From the NCBI GenBank assembly GCA_040386275.1, contig JAZKFU010000011.1, positions 1,383 to 65,382 of the forward strand: 64,000 nucleotides of DNA. Reading direction: 5' to 3'. The position numbers and the translations under genes were made by a program. Shown here one piece after another: positions 9,915 to 19,846 of this stretch. Position 1 is the stretch's first letter. Each line of letters starts with the position of its first letter. Source of the DNA: Patescibacteria group bacterium. GTDB lineage: Bacteria > Patescibacteriota > Minisyncoccia > Phycocordibacterales > UBA918. The notes beneath the pieces are model-generated. The model had not been told where the DNA came from. It made no database searches and was given only the letters and a program-made list of their open reading frames with translations.

Positions 9915-10094
9915 ATGTCACAAGATTTACTCGTAAAGTTGGTTTCAGCCGGAAACGCTAAAGGCGTTGGTAAAGGCCACGTTTACTACACTCGTTTTAA
10001 CAATAAGGTAAAGAAAGACCCAAGTAAGAAGTACGAAACCAAAAAGTTCAACCCAATCGCCAAAGAACACACAGTCTATAAACAAAAGAAGTAA
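9915..10094 (+). CDS. rpmG: 50S ribosomal protein L33
   Basis: MSQDLLVKLVSAGNAKGVGKGHVYYTRFNNKVKKDPSKKYETKKFNPIAKEHTVYKQKK matches the bL33 pattern (K.LVS...GHFY.T..N......KLEL.KFDP....H..YKE). Start trimmed to ATG 9915. Confidence 0.75.
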   Translation: MSQDLLVKLVSAGNAKGVGKGHVYYTRFNNKVKKDPSKKYETKKFNPIAKEHTVYKQKK

Positions 10095-10126
10095 CAAAAA
10101 GCCCCGCAAGGGGCCTTTTTGTTTTT
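10095..10126 (+). terminator. rho-independent terminator after rpmG
   Basis: aaaaagccccgcaaggggcctttttgttttt. Confidence 0.75.
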
Positions 10127-10175
10127 CTTTCATAATTTAAAACTCTCAATCATCGATACGTGTTCATAAAATCGA

Positions 10176-10268
10176 TAAGCTACAAGGCGGCAAGGAGTAC
10201 CGGCCGGAGCCGTTCATCTGAACGGTGACAACGGTACGACGCTGCTAACGCAGTAGATTGCGGTTTTT
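10176..10268 (+). repeat. family A repeat, copy 4 (forward), immediately 3' of aldolase gene stop
   Basis: ctacaaggcgg, then hairpin GAGCCGTTCA-tc-TGAACGGTGA (10207-10228) with arms changed in a compensatory way, then ctaacgcagtagattgcgg + ttttt. Confidence 0.6.
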
Positions 10269-10279
10269 GGACGCGTTCC

Positions 10280-11305
10280 CTACTTTAGCTTTGAGTCCTT
10301 CGCTGAATCGTATTCGCCCTTGGTAGCGAGAGAATTCATCTTACACACATGAAGCAGCATACTCTGCGCTGCCTCTTGGTTCTCAGGCTTCCCTTCCCAG
10401 GCCATAAGGAACGGTTCTTCAATGGCGCGGGAATATGAAAATGTTATTGGCCATGGTTGTTCTCCTAATTTGGCGATGGCGTTGAGATTTTCTGTCGCTC
10501 GCTTTGGTGTTTGTCCACCAGAGAGAAATACAATGCCGCCAACTGCATATGGCACGGACATATGGAAGGTGCGCAAGGTTGCGTTAGCAATTTCTTCAGG
10601 TGTTGATGGTTGAGGGTACATATCTCCCGCAAGCACCATTGAGGATTTTAGAATCAATCCTTCTAAGTCTACGTTATAACGCATCATAGCTTGGAACAAT
10701 ATTTGAATAGCTCTCGTGGTAACTGTTTCGGCACGGACAATATCATGTGAACCAGCAAAGATAACTTCAGGCTCAAGCATTGGCACAATGCCACAGCGTT
10801 GCGCAATCTGAGCGTATCGAGCCATCATCACCGCGTTTACTTCAAGACACTGATCGGTAGGAATGGTGTCGTCAATTGACACAACCATCCGCCACTTAGC
10901 AAACCGGGCACCGAGATCATAGTACTCTTTAAATCTGTCCTCAAGGTTATCGAGCCCTTGGGTAATAACCTCACCTTTAAACCCTTCAAAATCCTTAGTC
11001 CCGAGATCTACTTTAATGCCCGGAATAATTCCGCGTGAAATAAGCAACTCTCCAAATGGTGTCCCGTCATCAGTACCTGACTTTAAGGTTGAGTCATAGA
11101 GAATCACTCCAGAAAGATACTCTTCAATACCCGGAGCGGTAAACATCATTTCTCGAAAATCCTGCCGGTTCGCCTCTTCGTTGGGAAGATGGACCATCTC
11201 CAATCGCTTCCCAGCGGTACTATCACTTTCGTCAGCGGCGAGAATTCCCTTGCCGTGTGCCATCAACGCTGCAACGGTTTCATATAATTTTGGATTTTTA
11301 TTCAT
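10280..11305 (-). CDS. fructose-bisphosphate aldolase, class I
   Basis: GKGILAADESDSTAGKRL matches class I FBA active-site region. Start chosen at MNKNPKLYE (11305). ORF-track start 11368 is an alternative. Confidence 0.7.
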   Translation of the reverse strand: MNKNPKLYETVAALMAHGKGILAADESDSTAGKRLEMVHLPNEEANRQDFREMMFTAPGIEEYLSGVILYDSTLKSGTDDGTPFGELLISRGIIPGIKVDLGTKDFEGFKGEVITQGLDNLEDRFKEYYDLGARFAKWRMVVSIDDTIPTDQCLEVNAVMMARYAQIAQRCGIVPMLEPEVIFAGSHDIVRAETVTTRAIQILFQAMMRYNVDLEGLILKSSMVLAGDMYPQPSTPEEIANATLRTFHMSVPYAVGGIVFLSGGQTPKRATENLNAIAKLGEQPWPITFSYSRAIEEPFLMAWEGKPENQEAAQSMLLHVCKMNSLATKGEYDSAKDSKLK

Positions 11306-11399
11306 ACTGTTAAAAGTATAACAGCCCGCAACTAAATTGTATTTTTGATATGGGGACTCATTTACCAAAAGACGCTCATTGTGCTTCTATAAAATCACT

Positions 11400-11492
11400 A
11401 AGCCTTAGATGGGGGTCCAGTGATTTTCCCAAGGAAAGAAAAAATCAGGACATAAATTCAGAATAATCACTACGTTCATTTCTTCATTCAAT
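11400..11492 (+). repeat. family B intergenic repeat, copy 1
   Basis: agatgggggtccagtgattttcccaaggaaagaaaaaatcaggacataaattcagaataatcactacgttcatttcttcattc. Hairpin tgattttcc/gaaaaaatca. Confidence 0.65.
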
Positions 11493-11503
11493 TTTTTGCG
11501 AGT

Positions 11504-12271
11504 TTAAGATCGGATTTTCCAACCTCGTTTAAATATCTGCGTAACCACCGTCCCCAACACCAACACCAAACCAACAGTAATGATTAATCCGACTACTTGA
11601 TTTGCTTCATGATAGCCAATCATTGAACCACGAATTCCATCAGCAAAGTAGAAGAATGGGTTAAGCACGGTAATTTGCGCTGCGAGTGCTGGCAACATGG
11701 TAATAGAATAGAAAATTCCGCCCAAATACGTTAAAGGTGTAATCACAAAGGTATTAAGCATTTGTAATTGTTCAAACCCTTCAGCCCACAGAGCTACAAT
11801 AATTCCTAACATCGCAAAGATGGCTGAAATGGCGGCGACGTAAAATATGAACATGAGTGGATTGGTGAGCGTCACAGCCCCAAACAACATTCCGACAATG
11901 AGAATCAGAAACGCCACAATCATCGCCCGCGCAACCGCACTCCCCACAAACCCGAGCAACATCTCAAGATACGAAAATGGTGTTATTAAAATCTCCTCAA
12001 TGCCCCGGGTAAATTTCATAAAGAATAGTGCCGACGAAGCACTGGAAAAACTCGCATTAATGATTGAAAGCATCAGTACTCCCGGAAATACAAAAGAGAT
12101 ATACGGCACCCCAGCAAAGCTTTCTATTTTTGATCCAATCACGGTACCAAAAATAAAAATGTAAAGAGCTGCAGAAATCACCGGCGCTGCCAAAGTCTGC
12201 ACTGACACACGCAAGGTTCTTTTAACTTCGCGTCTCAACATCGTATATAACCCAATCCAATTAATAGTCAT
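11504..12271 (-). CDS. ABC-2 type transporter permease
   Basis: 6-TM protein of ~255 aa directly downstream of an ABC ATPase. Typical ABC-2 architecture. Confidence 0.7.
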   Translation of the reverse strand: MTINWIGLYTMLRREVKRTLRVSVQTLAAPVISAALYIFIFGTVIGSKIESFAGVPYISFVFPGVLMLSIINASFSSASSALFFMKFTRGIEEILITPFSYLEMLLGFVGSAVARAMIVAFLILIVGMLFGAVTLTNPLMFIFYVAAISAIFAMLGIIVALWAEGFEQLQMLNTFVITPLTYLGGIFYSITMLPALAAQITVLNPFFYFADGIRGSMIGYHEANQVVGLIITVGLVLVLGTVVTQIFKRGWKIRS

Positions 12272-12273
12272 AA

Positions 12274-13038
12274 TTATTTTTTATCAGACTCACCAATAAC
12301 TGCCAAGTACGCCTCTTCAATTGATTTACCATCTTTCATAAATTCTTCTTTGGTACCTTGCGCTACAATCCGTCCATGATTAATAATCGCAATGTCTCGA
12401 CAGAGATACTGAATTTCCTCTAAATAGTGCGAGGTAAGAATAATTGTTTTTCCGCCTTCATTTAGTTCCTTGAGGTACGCCCATAATCCTCGCCGTTGTT
12501 CAACATCCACTCCAGCGGTTGGTTCATCGAGAATTAGTAGGTCCGGTGTATGCACGAGTGCTCGTCCCAACATCGCTCGACGTTTTAGTCCGCCGGATAA
12601 TTTTTGGAACTTAACATTTCTGTGTTCTTCCAAATCAAATTGTGCAATCAATTCATTAATTCGCTTCATTTTTACCTCGTGCGGAATTCCATAGTACCCA
12701 CCAATAAAATCCATAAGTTCCACCGGCGTTGAAAAAATGTCCACGTTAAATTCCTGCGGTGAGAGACCGACTTTAGTACGTGCCAATTTATAGTCAGCCA
12801 CCACATCCACCCCATCAATAAGAATTTGACCGCTAGTAGGTTGGGCGATGCCCGTAATGCAGTGAATCGTCGTCGACTTCCCCGCTCCATTGGGACCAAG
12901 CAATCCAAAAAACGCCCCCTTAGGGATAGAGAGACTTATTCCATCAACGGCAGTTTTATCATCTTTTTTCTTCCCCCCTTTGTACACCTTCACCAAATTC
13001 TTAATCTCCAACATCGGCACGTTTGAATTGTCTGACAT
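12274..13038 (-). CDS. ABC transporter ATP-binding protein
   Basis: Walker A GPNGAGKST, signature LSGGLKRR, Walker B LLILDEPTAGVD. Start moved to MSDNSNVPM (13038). Confidence 0.85.
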   Translation of the reverse strand: MSDNSNVPMLEIKNLVKVYKGGKKKDDKTAVDGISLSIPKGAFFGLLGPNGAGKSTTIHCITGIAQPTSGQILIDGVDVVADYKLARTKVGLSPQEFNVDIFSTPVELMDFIGGYYGIPHEVKMKRINELIAQFDLEEHRNVKFQKLSGGLKRRAMLGRALVHTPDLLILDEPTAGVDVEQRRGLWAYLKELNEGGKTIILTSHYLEEIQYLCRDIAIINHGRIVAQGTKEEFMKDGKSIEEAYLAVIGESDKK

Positions 13039-13086
13039 ATGTATATAATTATCACCAGTATACCAGATTTGCAAAATTAGACGTAG

Positions 13087-13114
13087 AAAAGGCGACACCG
13101 CGGTGTCGCCTTTA
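13087..13114 (-). terminator. bidirectional hairpin terminator (serves minus-strand gene 13130..13807)
   Basis: aaaaggcgacaccgcggtgtcgccttta perfect stem, T-run on minus strand. Confidence 0.6.
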
Positions 13115-13129
13115 TCAATTTTGACCAAA

Positions 13130-13807
13130 TTATTCATCAGCGCTTGACGCTTCCACTCGATGACTCATGTACAACTGGTAGTCTTCGTCCGTCACTGAAG
13201 CAAATTCCAGTCCTTGTCGCTTCAAGATGTTTCTTATCCGAGCCACAGTGTTGTAAGCATGAATTATCTCATACGCCTCATCCTCACTTTTGATGAGCAG
13301 TTGACCTAATGTGACAACACCAGCCGCAGTAAGCGAGCGTTGCGCTGACTTAGGAACTTCTTCGAACCACCCCAGCTCAAGCAATGGTATATGCCACGGC
13401 ACTAGTGGTTCTGGAACAAGCCTTTCCAACTGAGGGACTGGTACGTACATTTCAGATGAAAACTCGAGTTTAAAGCTCAATTTGTATTTGAACGCGATAC
13501 CAAAGGCCATCAAAAGTACCCTCTGTACGTATTGATTTTTTGGCCAAACGAGACTCCAATATTTTTCGTCTTCTTTTGACGAAACCCATTCATAAAGTCT
13601 ATTTACTCTGGTGATATCATCCCAGCCAAACAGTTTACTGATTTCTTCTGTCGTCAAGAGATTAAGCTCAACAACTTCAAACAACTGCTCGCAAAACCAC
13701 CTTTCGGTGATTTTGTCAGAGCTTATATCCGTACAATTATTCACCAAATCATTTACGACCTGGGTCACGAGCGTTCGGAATTGCACTTCTGCAGCATTAA
13801 AATTCAT
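13130..13807 (-). CDS. hypothetical protein; C-terminal helix-hairpin-helix resembling RNAP alpha-CTD
   Basis: LTAAGVVTLGQLLIKSEDEAYEI...ARIRNILKRQGLEF resembles alpha-CTD HhH. The rest is unrecognised. Confidence 0.4.
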   Translation of the reverse strand: MNFNAAEVQFRTLVTQVVNDLVNNCTDISSDKITERWFCEQLFEVVELNLLTTEEISKLFGWDDITRVNRLYEWVSSKEDEKYWSLVWPKNQYVQRVLLMAFGIAFKYKLSFKLEFSSEMYVPVPQLERLVPEPLVPWHIPLLELGWFEEVPKSAQRSLTAAGVVTLGQLLIKSEDEAYEIIHAYNTVARIRNILKRQGLEFASVTDEDYQLYMSHRVEASSADE

Positions 13808-13880
13808 GTTGGCATCTCCCTTGATTTTCACAAATCAGCTTGTTTTCTAAGCTTCCGTGTAGTACCATGCCATAAATTCG

Positions 13881-14684
13881 ATGAAAAATCAAGAAAAAGC
13901 CTGGCTTCTGAAGGAAAAATATCAAGGCGTGGAAAGCTCCGCTTTCAACGCTGATTGTGTCCGTTTGGAGGCTGGAGTACCACTCGCCTACCTCATTGGT
14001 TCTGTGCCGTTTCTTGATTGCACCATCCACCTCGACTCCTATCCCCTCATCCCCCGCCCGGAAACAGAATATTGGGTAGAAAAAGCCATCACCGCCATCA
14101 GAGTGCATAGTTCGAGGCGAGACCTCGAACGTACTACCGAAGGAGGTCCTGCCTCCTCCTTAAAAATTCTTGACCTTTGTGCTGGTAGTGGAGCGATTGG
14201 GGTGGCGGTCGCAAAAGCTGAATCTTCCGCTCACGTGACATTTGCCGAACTCGACCCTGCTCACCTGCCCACCATTGAAAAAAATATTCTCTCCAACCTT
14301 TCTGTTAACAGAAAGGTTGGAGAGAATGAAATAAACATCATCAGTGGTGATTTGTTTGAAAATGTACCACCGGGGCAAAAATTTGATTTCATTCTCACTA
14401 ACCCGCCCTATATAGATGCTGCTGCCAATACGGTAGATACTAACGTTGTCGAACAGGAACCACATCTGGCATTATTCGGGGGTGATAGTGGGATGGAAAT
14501 AATTGCTCGTATTATTACTTGTGCACCCCTGTACCTCACCCCAATCGGACAACTCTGGATTGAACATGAACCAGCACAAGTTGCGGAAATCGCTTCCCTC
14601 GCGCTCGAACATGGCTTCTCTATAATTACCCACCCTGACCAGTACGGAGTCCCTCGTTTTAGCGTGCTCACTATGGCACAATAG
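13881..14684 (+). CDS. prmC: release factor glutamine N5-methyltransferase PrmC/HemK
   Basis: DLCAGSGAIGVAVA (SAM site) and NPPY motif (ILTNPPYIDAAAN). Confidence 0.8.
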   Translation: MKNQEKAWLLKEKYQGVESSAFNADCVRLEAGVPLAYLIGSVPFLDCTIHLDSYPLIPRPETEYWVEKAITAIRVHSSRRDLERTTEGGPASSLKILDLCAGSGAIGVAVAKAESSAHVTFAELDPAHLPTIEKNILSNLSVNRKVGENEINIISGDLFENVPPGQKFDFILTNPPYIDAAANTVDTNVVEQEPHLALFGGDSGMEIIARIITCAPLYLTPIGQLWIEHEPAQVAEIASLALEHGFSIITHPDQYGVPRFSVLTMAQ

Positions 14685-14689
14685 TAGAT

Positions 14690-14908
14690 ATGGCAAACAT
14701 TCCTTCACTCTCGTTACCTCTCGATTTAATAACCAATGTTATTTTCTTAGTCGCCGTTATTATCTATGTTATTTTTACCATTGTGTTTTACTATCACTGG
14801 CAAAACTATTCAGTAGAAAAATCAGCTACTATCCAAACGTATCTAGCGTATTTTGTGATTACCCTTCCCCTCCTGGCCCTGATGGGACTAAGCGTGTTAA
14901 TTATTTAA
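14690..14908 (+). CDS. small membrane protein (2 TM)
   Basis: 72 aa, two hydrophobic helices, 5 nt after prmC stop. Confidence 0.4.
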   Translation: MANIPSLSLPLDLITNVIFLVAVIIYVIFTIVFYYHWQNYSVEKSATIQTYLAYFVITLPLLALMGLSVLII

Positions 14909-14914
14909 AATTGT

Positions 14915-15478
14915 ATGTTATTTGAAAAAATACAACTTGAACCAGATGAATTGGTAATTAAAACGGTACGTAAACACTGGTTTGTAATTACCGTAGAGTT
15001 ACTCGTTATAGTCCTTTTTGGGTTAATGCCGGTATTTGGATTAATGATTGCCTTAGCTTTACCGCCGGAATTACTGATTATAAATTTTCTTGAAACGCAG
15101 ACGCCCATAATTATTTTTGGATTATCTGCCTGGTTACTGATGAGCGCCATGGCCACTGCAACCGCTTGGACTCATTACTATCTTGATCTCTGGGTAATTA
15201 CCGACAGACGGATTATTGTGATTGATCAGGTAAATTATTTTAGTCGTAAAGTGAGTAATTTTAGATTAGAACGATTGCAAGATATTAAAGTCTCTATCAC
15301 CGGATTAATTCCTACCTTACTTAACTATGGTACAGTTCGCGCCCAAACCGCCTCTGCCGCAGAGAGCAACTTTGAAAGCCGTTTCCTTCCTGATCCACGA
15401 GAACTCCAGGCACTCATTCAAACCGCGATGGATGAACGACTCCAAAAACTCGGAAATAATGTTCCTTTGGCTGATTAA
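14915..15478 (+). CDS. membrane protein with bacterial PH domain (bPH_2/YdbS-YdbT-like, DUF304)
   Basis: N-terminal TM helices then WVITDRRIIVIDQVNYFSRKVSNFRLERLQDIKVSITGLIPTLLNYGTV, which resembles the bPH_2 pattern. Confidence 0.5.
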   Translation: MLFEKIQLEPDELVIKTVRKHWFVITVELLVIVLFGLMPVFGLMIALALPPELLIINFLETQTPIIIFGLSAWLLMSAMATATAWTHYYLDLWVITDRRIIVIDQVNYFSRKVSNFRLERLQDIKVSITGLIPTLLNYGTVRAQTASAAESNFESRFLPDPRELQALIQTAMDERLQKLGNNVPLAD

Positions 15479-15527
15479 TTTAAAAATAATTCCACTAGTA
15501 TAAATCTGCAGGGAAACTATATTTTAC

Positions 15528-15556
15528 TTGCCATTTAAGCCTTCCTCCCCTACAAT
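15528..15556 (+). promoter_or_regulatory. sigma70-like promoter TTGCCA-17 nt-TACAAT upstream of hisS (short leader)
   Basis: -35 at 15528-15533, -10 at 15551-15556, ATG at 15566. Confidence 0.45.
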
Positions 15557-15565
15557 CAATCCATT

Positions 15566-16840
15566 ATGACTGACAAAACTCAACCAACTGATTCATACAA
15601 AGGGGTACGCGACTTCTACCCAGAAGACATGGCGGTCCAACGGTACATTTTTGATGTCTGGAGCCAAACAGCCGAGAGTTTTGGGTTTGAACGGTACGAC
15701 GCGTCGGTACTTGAACCATCTGATTTATATAAAGCGAAAGGGGCAGAAAACGAAGAAATGGTGAATGAACAAACATACACCTTTATTGACCGCGGAGAAC
15801 GAGAGGTAACACTTCGTCCTGAAATGACTCCAACCGTGGCCCGGATGGTAGCCGGTAAACGGCGTGAACTGTCGTTCCCCATTCGTTGGTATTCTATACC
15901 TAACCTATTTCGGTATGAACGTCCACAGCGCGGTCGGTTGCGAGAACACTGGCAATTAAACTGTGATATTTTTGGCGCGACAGACTATACCGCTGATGTT
16001 GAAATGATTGCGTTAGCTTCACAAGTAATTCTTAACTTTGGTGCTGACCCGTCATTGTTTGAAATTCGAGTGAACGATAGAACCGAAATGCGTTCGCTCT
16101 ACGCTGGCTTTGGTGTTACTGATGAATCAGTGCAAGACAGCATCACCAGACTTAACGATCGATTTTATAAGATATCAGCTACCGAATACAAAATTGCCTT
16201 AGGTGAAATTGTCGAGGATGGCAGTGCGGTGGAAAAAATATACACTCTGGTTTCAGGTGGTGACAGCACTGACAGCAACGCAGTGGTTGAGGGATTAAAA
16301 GAACTTGGTATCACCAACGTCAAAATCGATCGCTCAATTGCGCGAGGGTTTAATTACTATACCGGGACCATTTTTGAAATCTTTGACGTCTCAGGAGAAA
16401 ACAACCGTTCAATGTTGGGTGGTGGTCGCTACGACAACCTCACCTCCATGTTTGGCGGTGAAGCTATTTCTGGAATTGGATTTGGTATGGGTGATGTCAC
16501 GATGCGTGATTTTCTCGAAACTCATGATTTAATTACTGCCAATATCACTGCTCCCGATTTGATGGTGATTCCGATGGACCCAGCTCAAAACCTGCAGGCA
16601 CAAAAAATTGCTATGCAATTCCGCGAGACCGCCGGCTTAAGTGTCGCGACCGACATCAGTACCAAAAAATTAGGTAAAAAGATTGGTGATGCCAGCGAGA
16701 AGCTTGTAAACTATGTACTCGTGGTTGGTGAAAACGAAATCAAAGAAAACACCTACACCCTTAAGAATCTTAACGAAGAGATGCAAGTTAAAGGAACTAT
16801 AGAAGATATCCTTAAAAAATTCACCGACGGAGACCTGTAG
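15566..16840 (+). CDS. hisS: histidyl-tRNA synthetase
   Basis: Class II motifs; GVRDFYPEDM and GGGRYDNL are HisRS-specific signatures. Confidence 0.9.
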   Translation: MTDKTQPTDSYKGVRDFYPEDMAVQRYIFDVWSQTAESFGFERYDASVLEPSDLYKAKGAENEEMVNEQTYTFIDRGEREVTLRPEMTPTVARMVAGKRRELSFPIRWYSIPNLFRYERPQRGRLREHWQLNCDIFGATDYTADVEMIALASQVILNFGADPSLFEIRVNDRTEMRSLYAGFGVTDESVQDSITRLNDRFYKISATEYKIALGEIVEDGSAVEKIYTLVSGGDSTDSNAVVEGLKELGITNVKIDRSIARGFNYYTGTIFEIFDVSGENNRSMLGGGRYDNLTSMFGGEAISGIGFGMGDVTMRDFLETHDLITANITAPDLMVIPMDPAQNLQAQKIAMQFRETAGLSVATDISTKKLGKKIGDASEKLVNYVLVVGENEIKENTYTLKNLNEEMQVKGTIEDILKKFTDGDL

Positions 16841-17003
16841 GCTTCGAAAGCACTCAATATCACCCATTCTGCTTTGTTGGGTGATAAAAAATTTTGTTCA
16901 ATGTGCAATAAGCACACCTCACAATATTTTTCATCACCCGTCGCGCATCTCGGGTAATCTTGAGCACTCGTGATATAATTGATTTCTCAACCATTTTTCT
17001 CTT

Positions 17004-17579
17004 ATGCGCTACATTATATTCGACCTCGAAACCCAGAATATTTTCCAAGAAGTTGGCAGTAGCGATCCGGCTGCCCTTGATATCTCGGTGGGGTCTTTTT
17101 ATGACAGTGCGACTGACAAATACCTCACCGTCACCGTTGATGAAATCGCCAAAGCCTGGCCACTTTTAGAGCAAGCCGATGCGCTTGTTGGCTACAATAG
17201 TAACCACTTTGACATTCCCCTTTTAAATAAATACTACCCAGGAGATTTAACCCAAATTAAAAGTATCGATATTCTCGAATCAATTCGCGCTTCCCTCGGA
17301 CGACGATTACGTCTTGATAGTATTGCAGAAGCGACAATTGGCGCCAAGAAATCTTCCAACGGACTGCAAGCTGTACGCTGGTGGAAGGAAGGTAAAATTG
17401 ATGAAATCAAAAAGTACTGTGAGCAGGACGTAAAGGTCACGAAAAAAGTATTTGATTACGCCATGAAGCACGGTCACGTAAAATTCAAAGACGGCTCCCG
17501 CAAACGCGAAATCCCCTTAGACATATCAACCTGGATGATCAAAGAAGACACCGCCATGACCCACTCGCTGTTGTTTTAA
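17004..17579 (+). CDS. RNase H-like/DEDD 3'-5' exonuclease superfamily protein (YprB/PolB-exo-like)
   Basis: IIFDLET (Exo I-like), YNSNHFDIPLL (Exo II-like), YCEQDVKVT (Exo III-like YxxxD). Confidence 0.5.
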   Translation: MRYIIFDLETQNIFQEVGSSDPAALDISVGSFYDSATDKYLTVTVDEIAKAWPLLEQADALVGYNSNHFDIPLLNKYYPGDLTQIKSIDILESIRASLGRRLRLDSIAEATIGAKKSSNGLQAVRWWKEGKIDEIKKYCEQDVKVTKKVFDYAMKHGHVKFKDGSRKREIPLDISTWMIKEDTAMTHSLLF

Positions 17580-17631
17580 TTGACAAAATTGTCTGGTGAG
17601 CTAGCATGCAGTAAGAAAAAAGGAGACGAAA

Positions 17632-17946
17632 ATGTTGGACTTTCCTCCACGTGGAAGCGGGTCAGATAAGCCAACCTGGGATGATATCGAAACTTTAATT
17701 AAGTCTCATATCGACCACTACCTAAAAGTCTGCAGCTACGCAGTAAAACATACGACGTGTTTCGTAGGTGGCGGTTCAAAGATTATGGAAATAATCGCCC
17801 TAGCAGGTAATTCAATTTTACAAAGGGTGATCACAGACATCATTGCAGAATTAATTGCCACAGATCCCCACGACATCTGCTTCAAGCAGTTCATCAAACG
17901 ACTAAAGTTACGACTTAAAAATTACGAACTGATGAACACCTCATAA
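17632..17946 (+). CDS. hypothetical protein
   Basis: AAGGAG RBS 5 nt before ATG. TTGACA at 17580. No recognisable domain. Confidence 0.4.
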   Translation: MLDFPPRGSGSDKPTWDDIETLIKSHIDHYLKVCSYAVKHTTCFVGGGSKIMEIIALAGNSILQRVITDIIAELIATDPHDICFKQFIKRLKLRLKNYELMNTS

Positions 17947-17950
17947 CACC

Positions 17951-17977
17951 AAAAGGAGCGGCCCCCGCTCCTTTTTC
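17951..17977 (+). terminator. rho-independent terminator
   Basis: aaaaggagcggcccccgctcctttttc. Confidence 0.7.
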
Positions 17978-18021
17978 ATATCAATAATTCCAATTTCAAA
18001 GTAACAACAAGTAAGCAAAAT

Positions 18022-18141
18022 CTAAACGTCTTAAATTGCTTTAGCTGCTAGGCGCGACCGAGTGAGCGTATGAGCCGTACATCGGTACGGTGAAAAGCGA
18101 GCGACCGAGCAACAACGCAGATGAAGTGATTTAGACGTTTA
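18022..18141 (+). repeat. family A repeat, copy 5 (forward), overlapping stop codon of uppP
   Basis: gctttagctgctaggcgcgaccgag, then GAGCCGTAC-atcg-GTACGGTGA (18072-18093), then gcgaccgagcaacaacgcagatgaagtgatttag. Outer stem aaacgtcttaaat / atttagacgttt. Confidence 0.7.
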
Positions 18142-18957
18142 AGCCACCAAAACCGTGTAGGCTACGAATAGTGCAAGTAAAAGTCTATACCAAATAAACG
18201 GCCACAAAGTATTCCGCCTCACAAAGGATAACAAGAAATGAATCGCAAATAATCCGGTCCAAAATGCTATAAATGACCCTACCACTAACGCGCCCCATGA
18301 TACATCCCCACCGACTTGAATCAGGTCAATTAATTTTTTAGCTCCGGCCCCTAAGAGAATTGGGATAGCTAGGAGAAAGGAAAATCGTGCCGCTTCCCCA
18401 CGTGTAAGACCAAGGAGCATACCTCCCGCAATTGATGCTCCAGAGCGAGACATACCGGGAATCAAAGCCAGACACTGAAATAGTCCAATCTGGAAACCTT
18501 TCTTAATAGTCATTTCATTTTGCGGAACGGTTTTACTATAGACCCATTCGGCGTACATAAACAAAAATGAACCAACCACCAGCACCCCCGCAACCAAAAG
18601 CGGTGAACGGAATAGTGTTTCCATCGTTGATTCTAAAAGTAACCCGGCAATCACCGCAGGAATGGTACCGATAAGTAACGCATTTAGTAACGTCAGGTCT
18701 TTTTGATTGACCGGTAACCGTCCTAATTTTCGTAACGCAGTTTGCGTTAGAAGCCACAAGTCGTTTTTAAAATAAAACATCACCGCACAGACGGTAGCGA
18801 GTTGTAATACGGCGTCAAATGCCAAAGCCCCCTCTACTTCCATCCCCAAAAGACTTCTAATTAAGATTAAGTGCCCGGAAGAAGAAATCGGGAGAAATTC
18901 GGTAATTCCCTGGACGAGTCCCAAGATAATGGCTTCAAAAATAGTCATAATTTCCAC
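18139..18957 (-). CDS. uppP: undecaprenyl-diphosphate phosphatase
   Basis: 8-TM protein with SRSGASIAGGMLLGLTR signature of the BacA/UppP family. Confidence 0.85.
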   Translation of the reverse strand: MEIMTIFEAIILGLVQGITEFLPISSSGHLILIRSLLGMEVEGALAFDAVLQLATVCAVMFYFKNDLWLLTQTALRKLGRLPVNQKDLTLLNALLIGTIPAVIAGLLLESTMETLFRSPLLVAGVLVVGSFLFMYAEWVYSKTVPQNEMTIKKGFQIGLFQCLALIPGMSRSGASIAGGMLLGLTRGEAARFSFLLAIPILLGAGAKKLIDLIQVGGDVSWGALVVGSFIAFWTGLFAIHFLLSFVRRNTLWPFIWYRLLLALFVAYTVLVA

Positions 18958-19053
18958 AAAAGTATATCACAGTCCTACGAGTACCCTTCTTAGTAGTGTA
19001 TAATTCCGTAAGTGGACGTCTGTGCACTATTAATTAGAATCATTTTAATACCT

Positions 19054-19779
19054 ATGCAACCTCAATCTAACCCCCCATCTATAGCTATCCCTGTTGCGAT
19101 TGTTATTGGCTTTGGACTTATTGCCGCTGCCATTTTCTTTAGTGGAAGTGGAAAGGCACCAGTGGCTGTCGTTAATAATGTTCCGACCGAAACAGCAACG
19201 GAAACCACTGTTCGCCCCGTTGATGACACTGACTATATTCGCGGTAATCCCAATGCTCCCATCTTAGTGATTGAATATTCTGACTACGACTGCCCATTCT
19301 GCAAAAGTTTCCACGAGACAATGACTCGAGTAATGGAAGACTATGGTGTAACGGGTAAAGTTGGTTGGGTCTACCGCCAATTCCCTCTCGAACAATTACA
19401 CCCTAACGCACCGCGGATTTCTGAAGCGGCGTACTGTGTTGGTGATCTTGGTGGTGGTGAAGCGTACTGGAAGTTTTCTGATTTAGTATTTGGTGAACGA
19501 GATGTGAACGCTCCTACCAATATGACTCGTTTGCCAGAATTTGCCGGCACAGCAGGAGTTGATAAAGCTAAATTTACTGAATGTCTTGATAGTGGAAAAT
19601 TCAAAGACAAAGTTGATGCTTCAATCGCTGAAGGAGCTGCTGCTGGAGCACAAGGTACACCGTACTCGATTGTGACAGTCGGTGGTCAGCAAGCAGTGAT
19701 TAATGGCGCACAACCATATCCAGTGGTAAAACAAATCATTGATAACTTGGTATCTCAACTCGAAGGAGAAGGTGCGTAA
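19054..19779 (+). CDS. DsbA-like thioredoxin-fold thiol-disulfide oxidoreductase (membrane-anchored)
   Basis: N-terminal TM anchor and CPFC active-site motif (YSDYDCPFCKSF). Start moved to MQPQ (19054). Confidence 0.6.
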   Translation: MQPQSNPPSIAIPVAIVIGFGLIAAAIFFSGSGKAPVAVVNNVPTETATETTVRPVDDTDYIRGNPNAPILVIEYSDYDCPFCKSFHETMTRVMEDYGVTGKVGWVYRQFPLEQLHPNAPRISEAAYCVGDLGGGEAYWKFSDLVFGERDVNAPTNMTRLPEFAGTAGVDKAKFTECLDSGKFKDKVDASIAEGAAAGAQGTPYSIVTVGGQQAVINGAQPYPVVKQIIDNLVSQLEGEGA

Positions 19780-19792
19780 TCTGCACCACACT

Positions 19793-19826
19793 AAAAAATC
19801 CCCGACATAAAAGTCGGGGATTTTTT
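19793..19826 (+). terminator. bidirectional rho-independent terminator between convergent genes
   Basis: aaaaaatccccgacataaaagtcggggatttttt. Confidence 0.75.
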
Positions 19827-19846
19827 ATTATTTCGTTTATTCATTG

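Noticed and set aside
11413-11490. Short ORFs on the reverse strand of family B copies (15-24 aa, MSVAIILNLCPDF...)
   Set aside because: The frame is disrupted in copy 3 (stop after 5 codons). Conservation is at nucleotide and structure level, not protein level.
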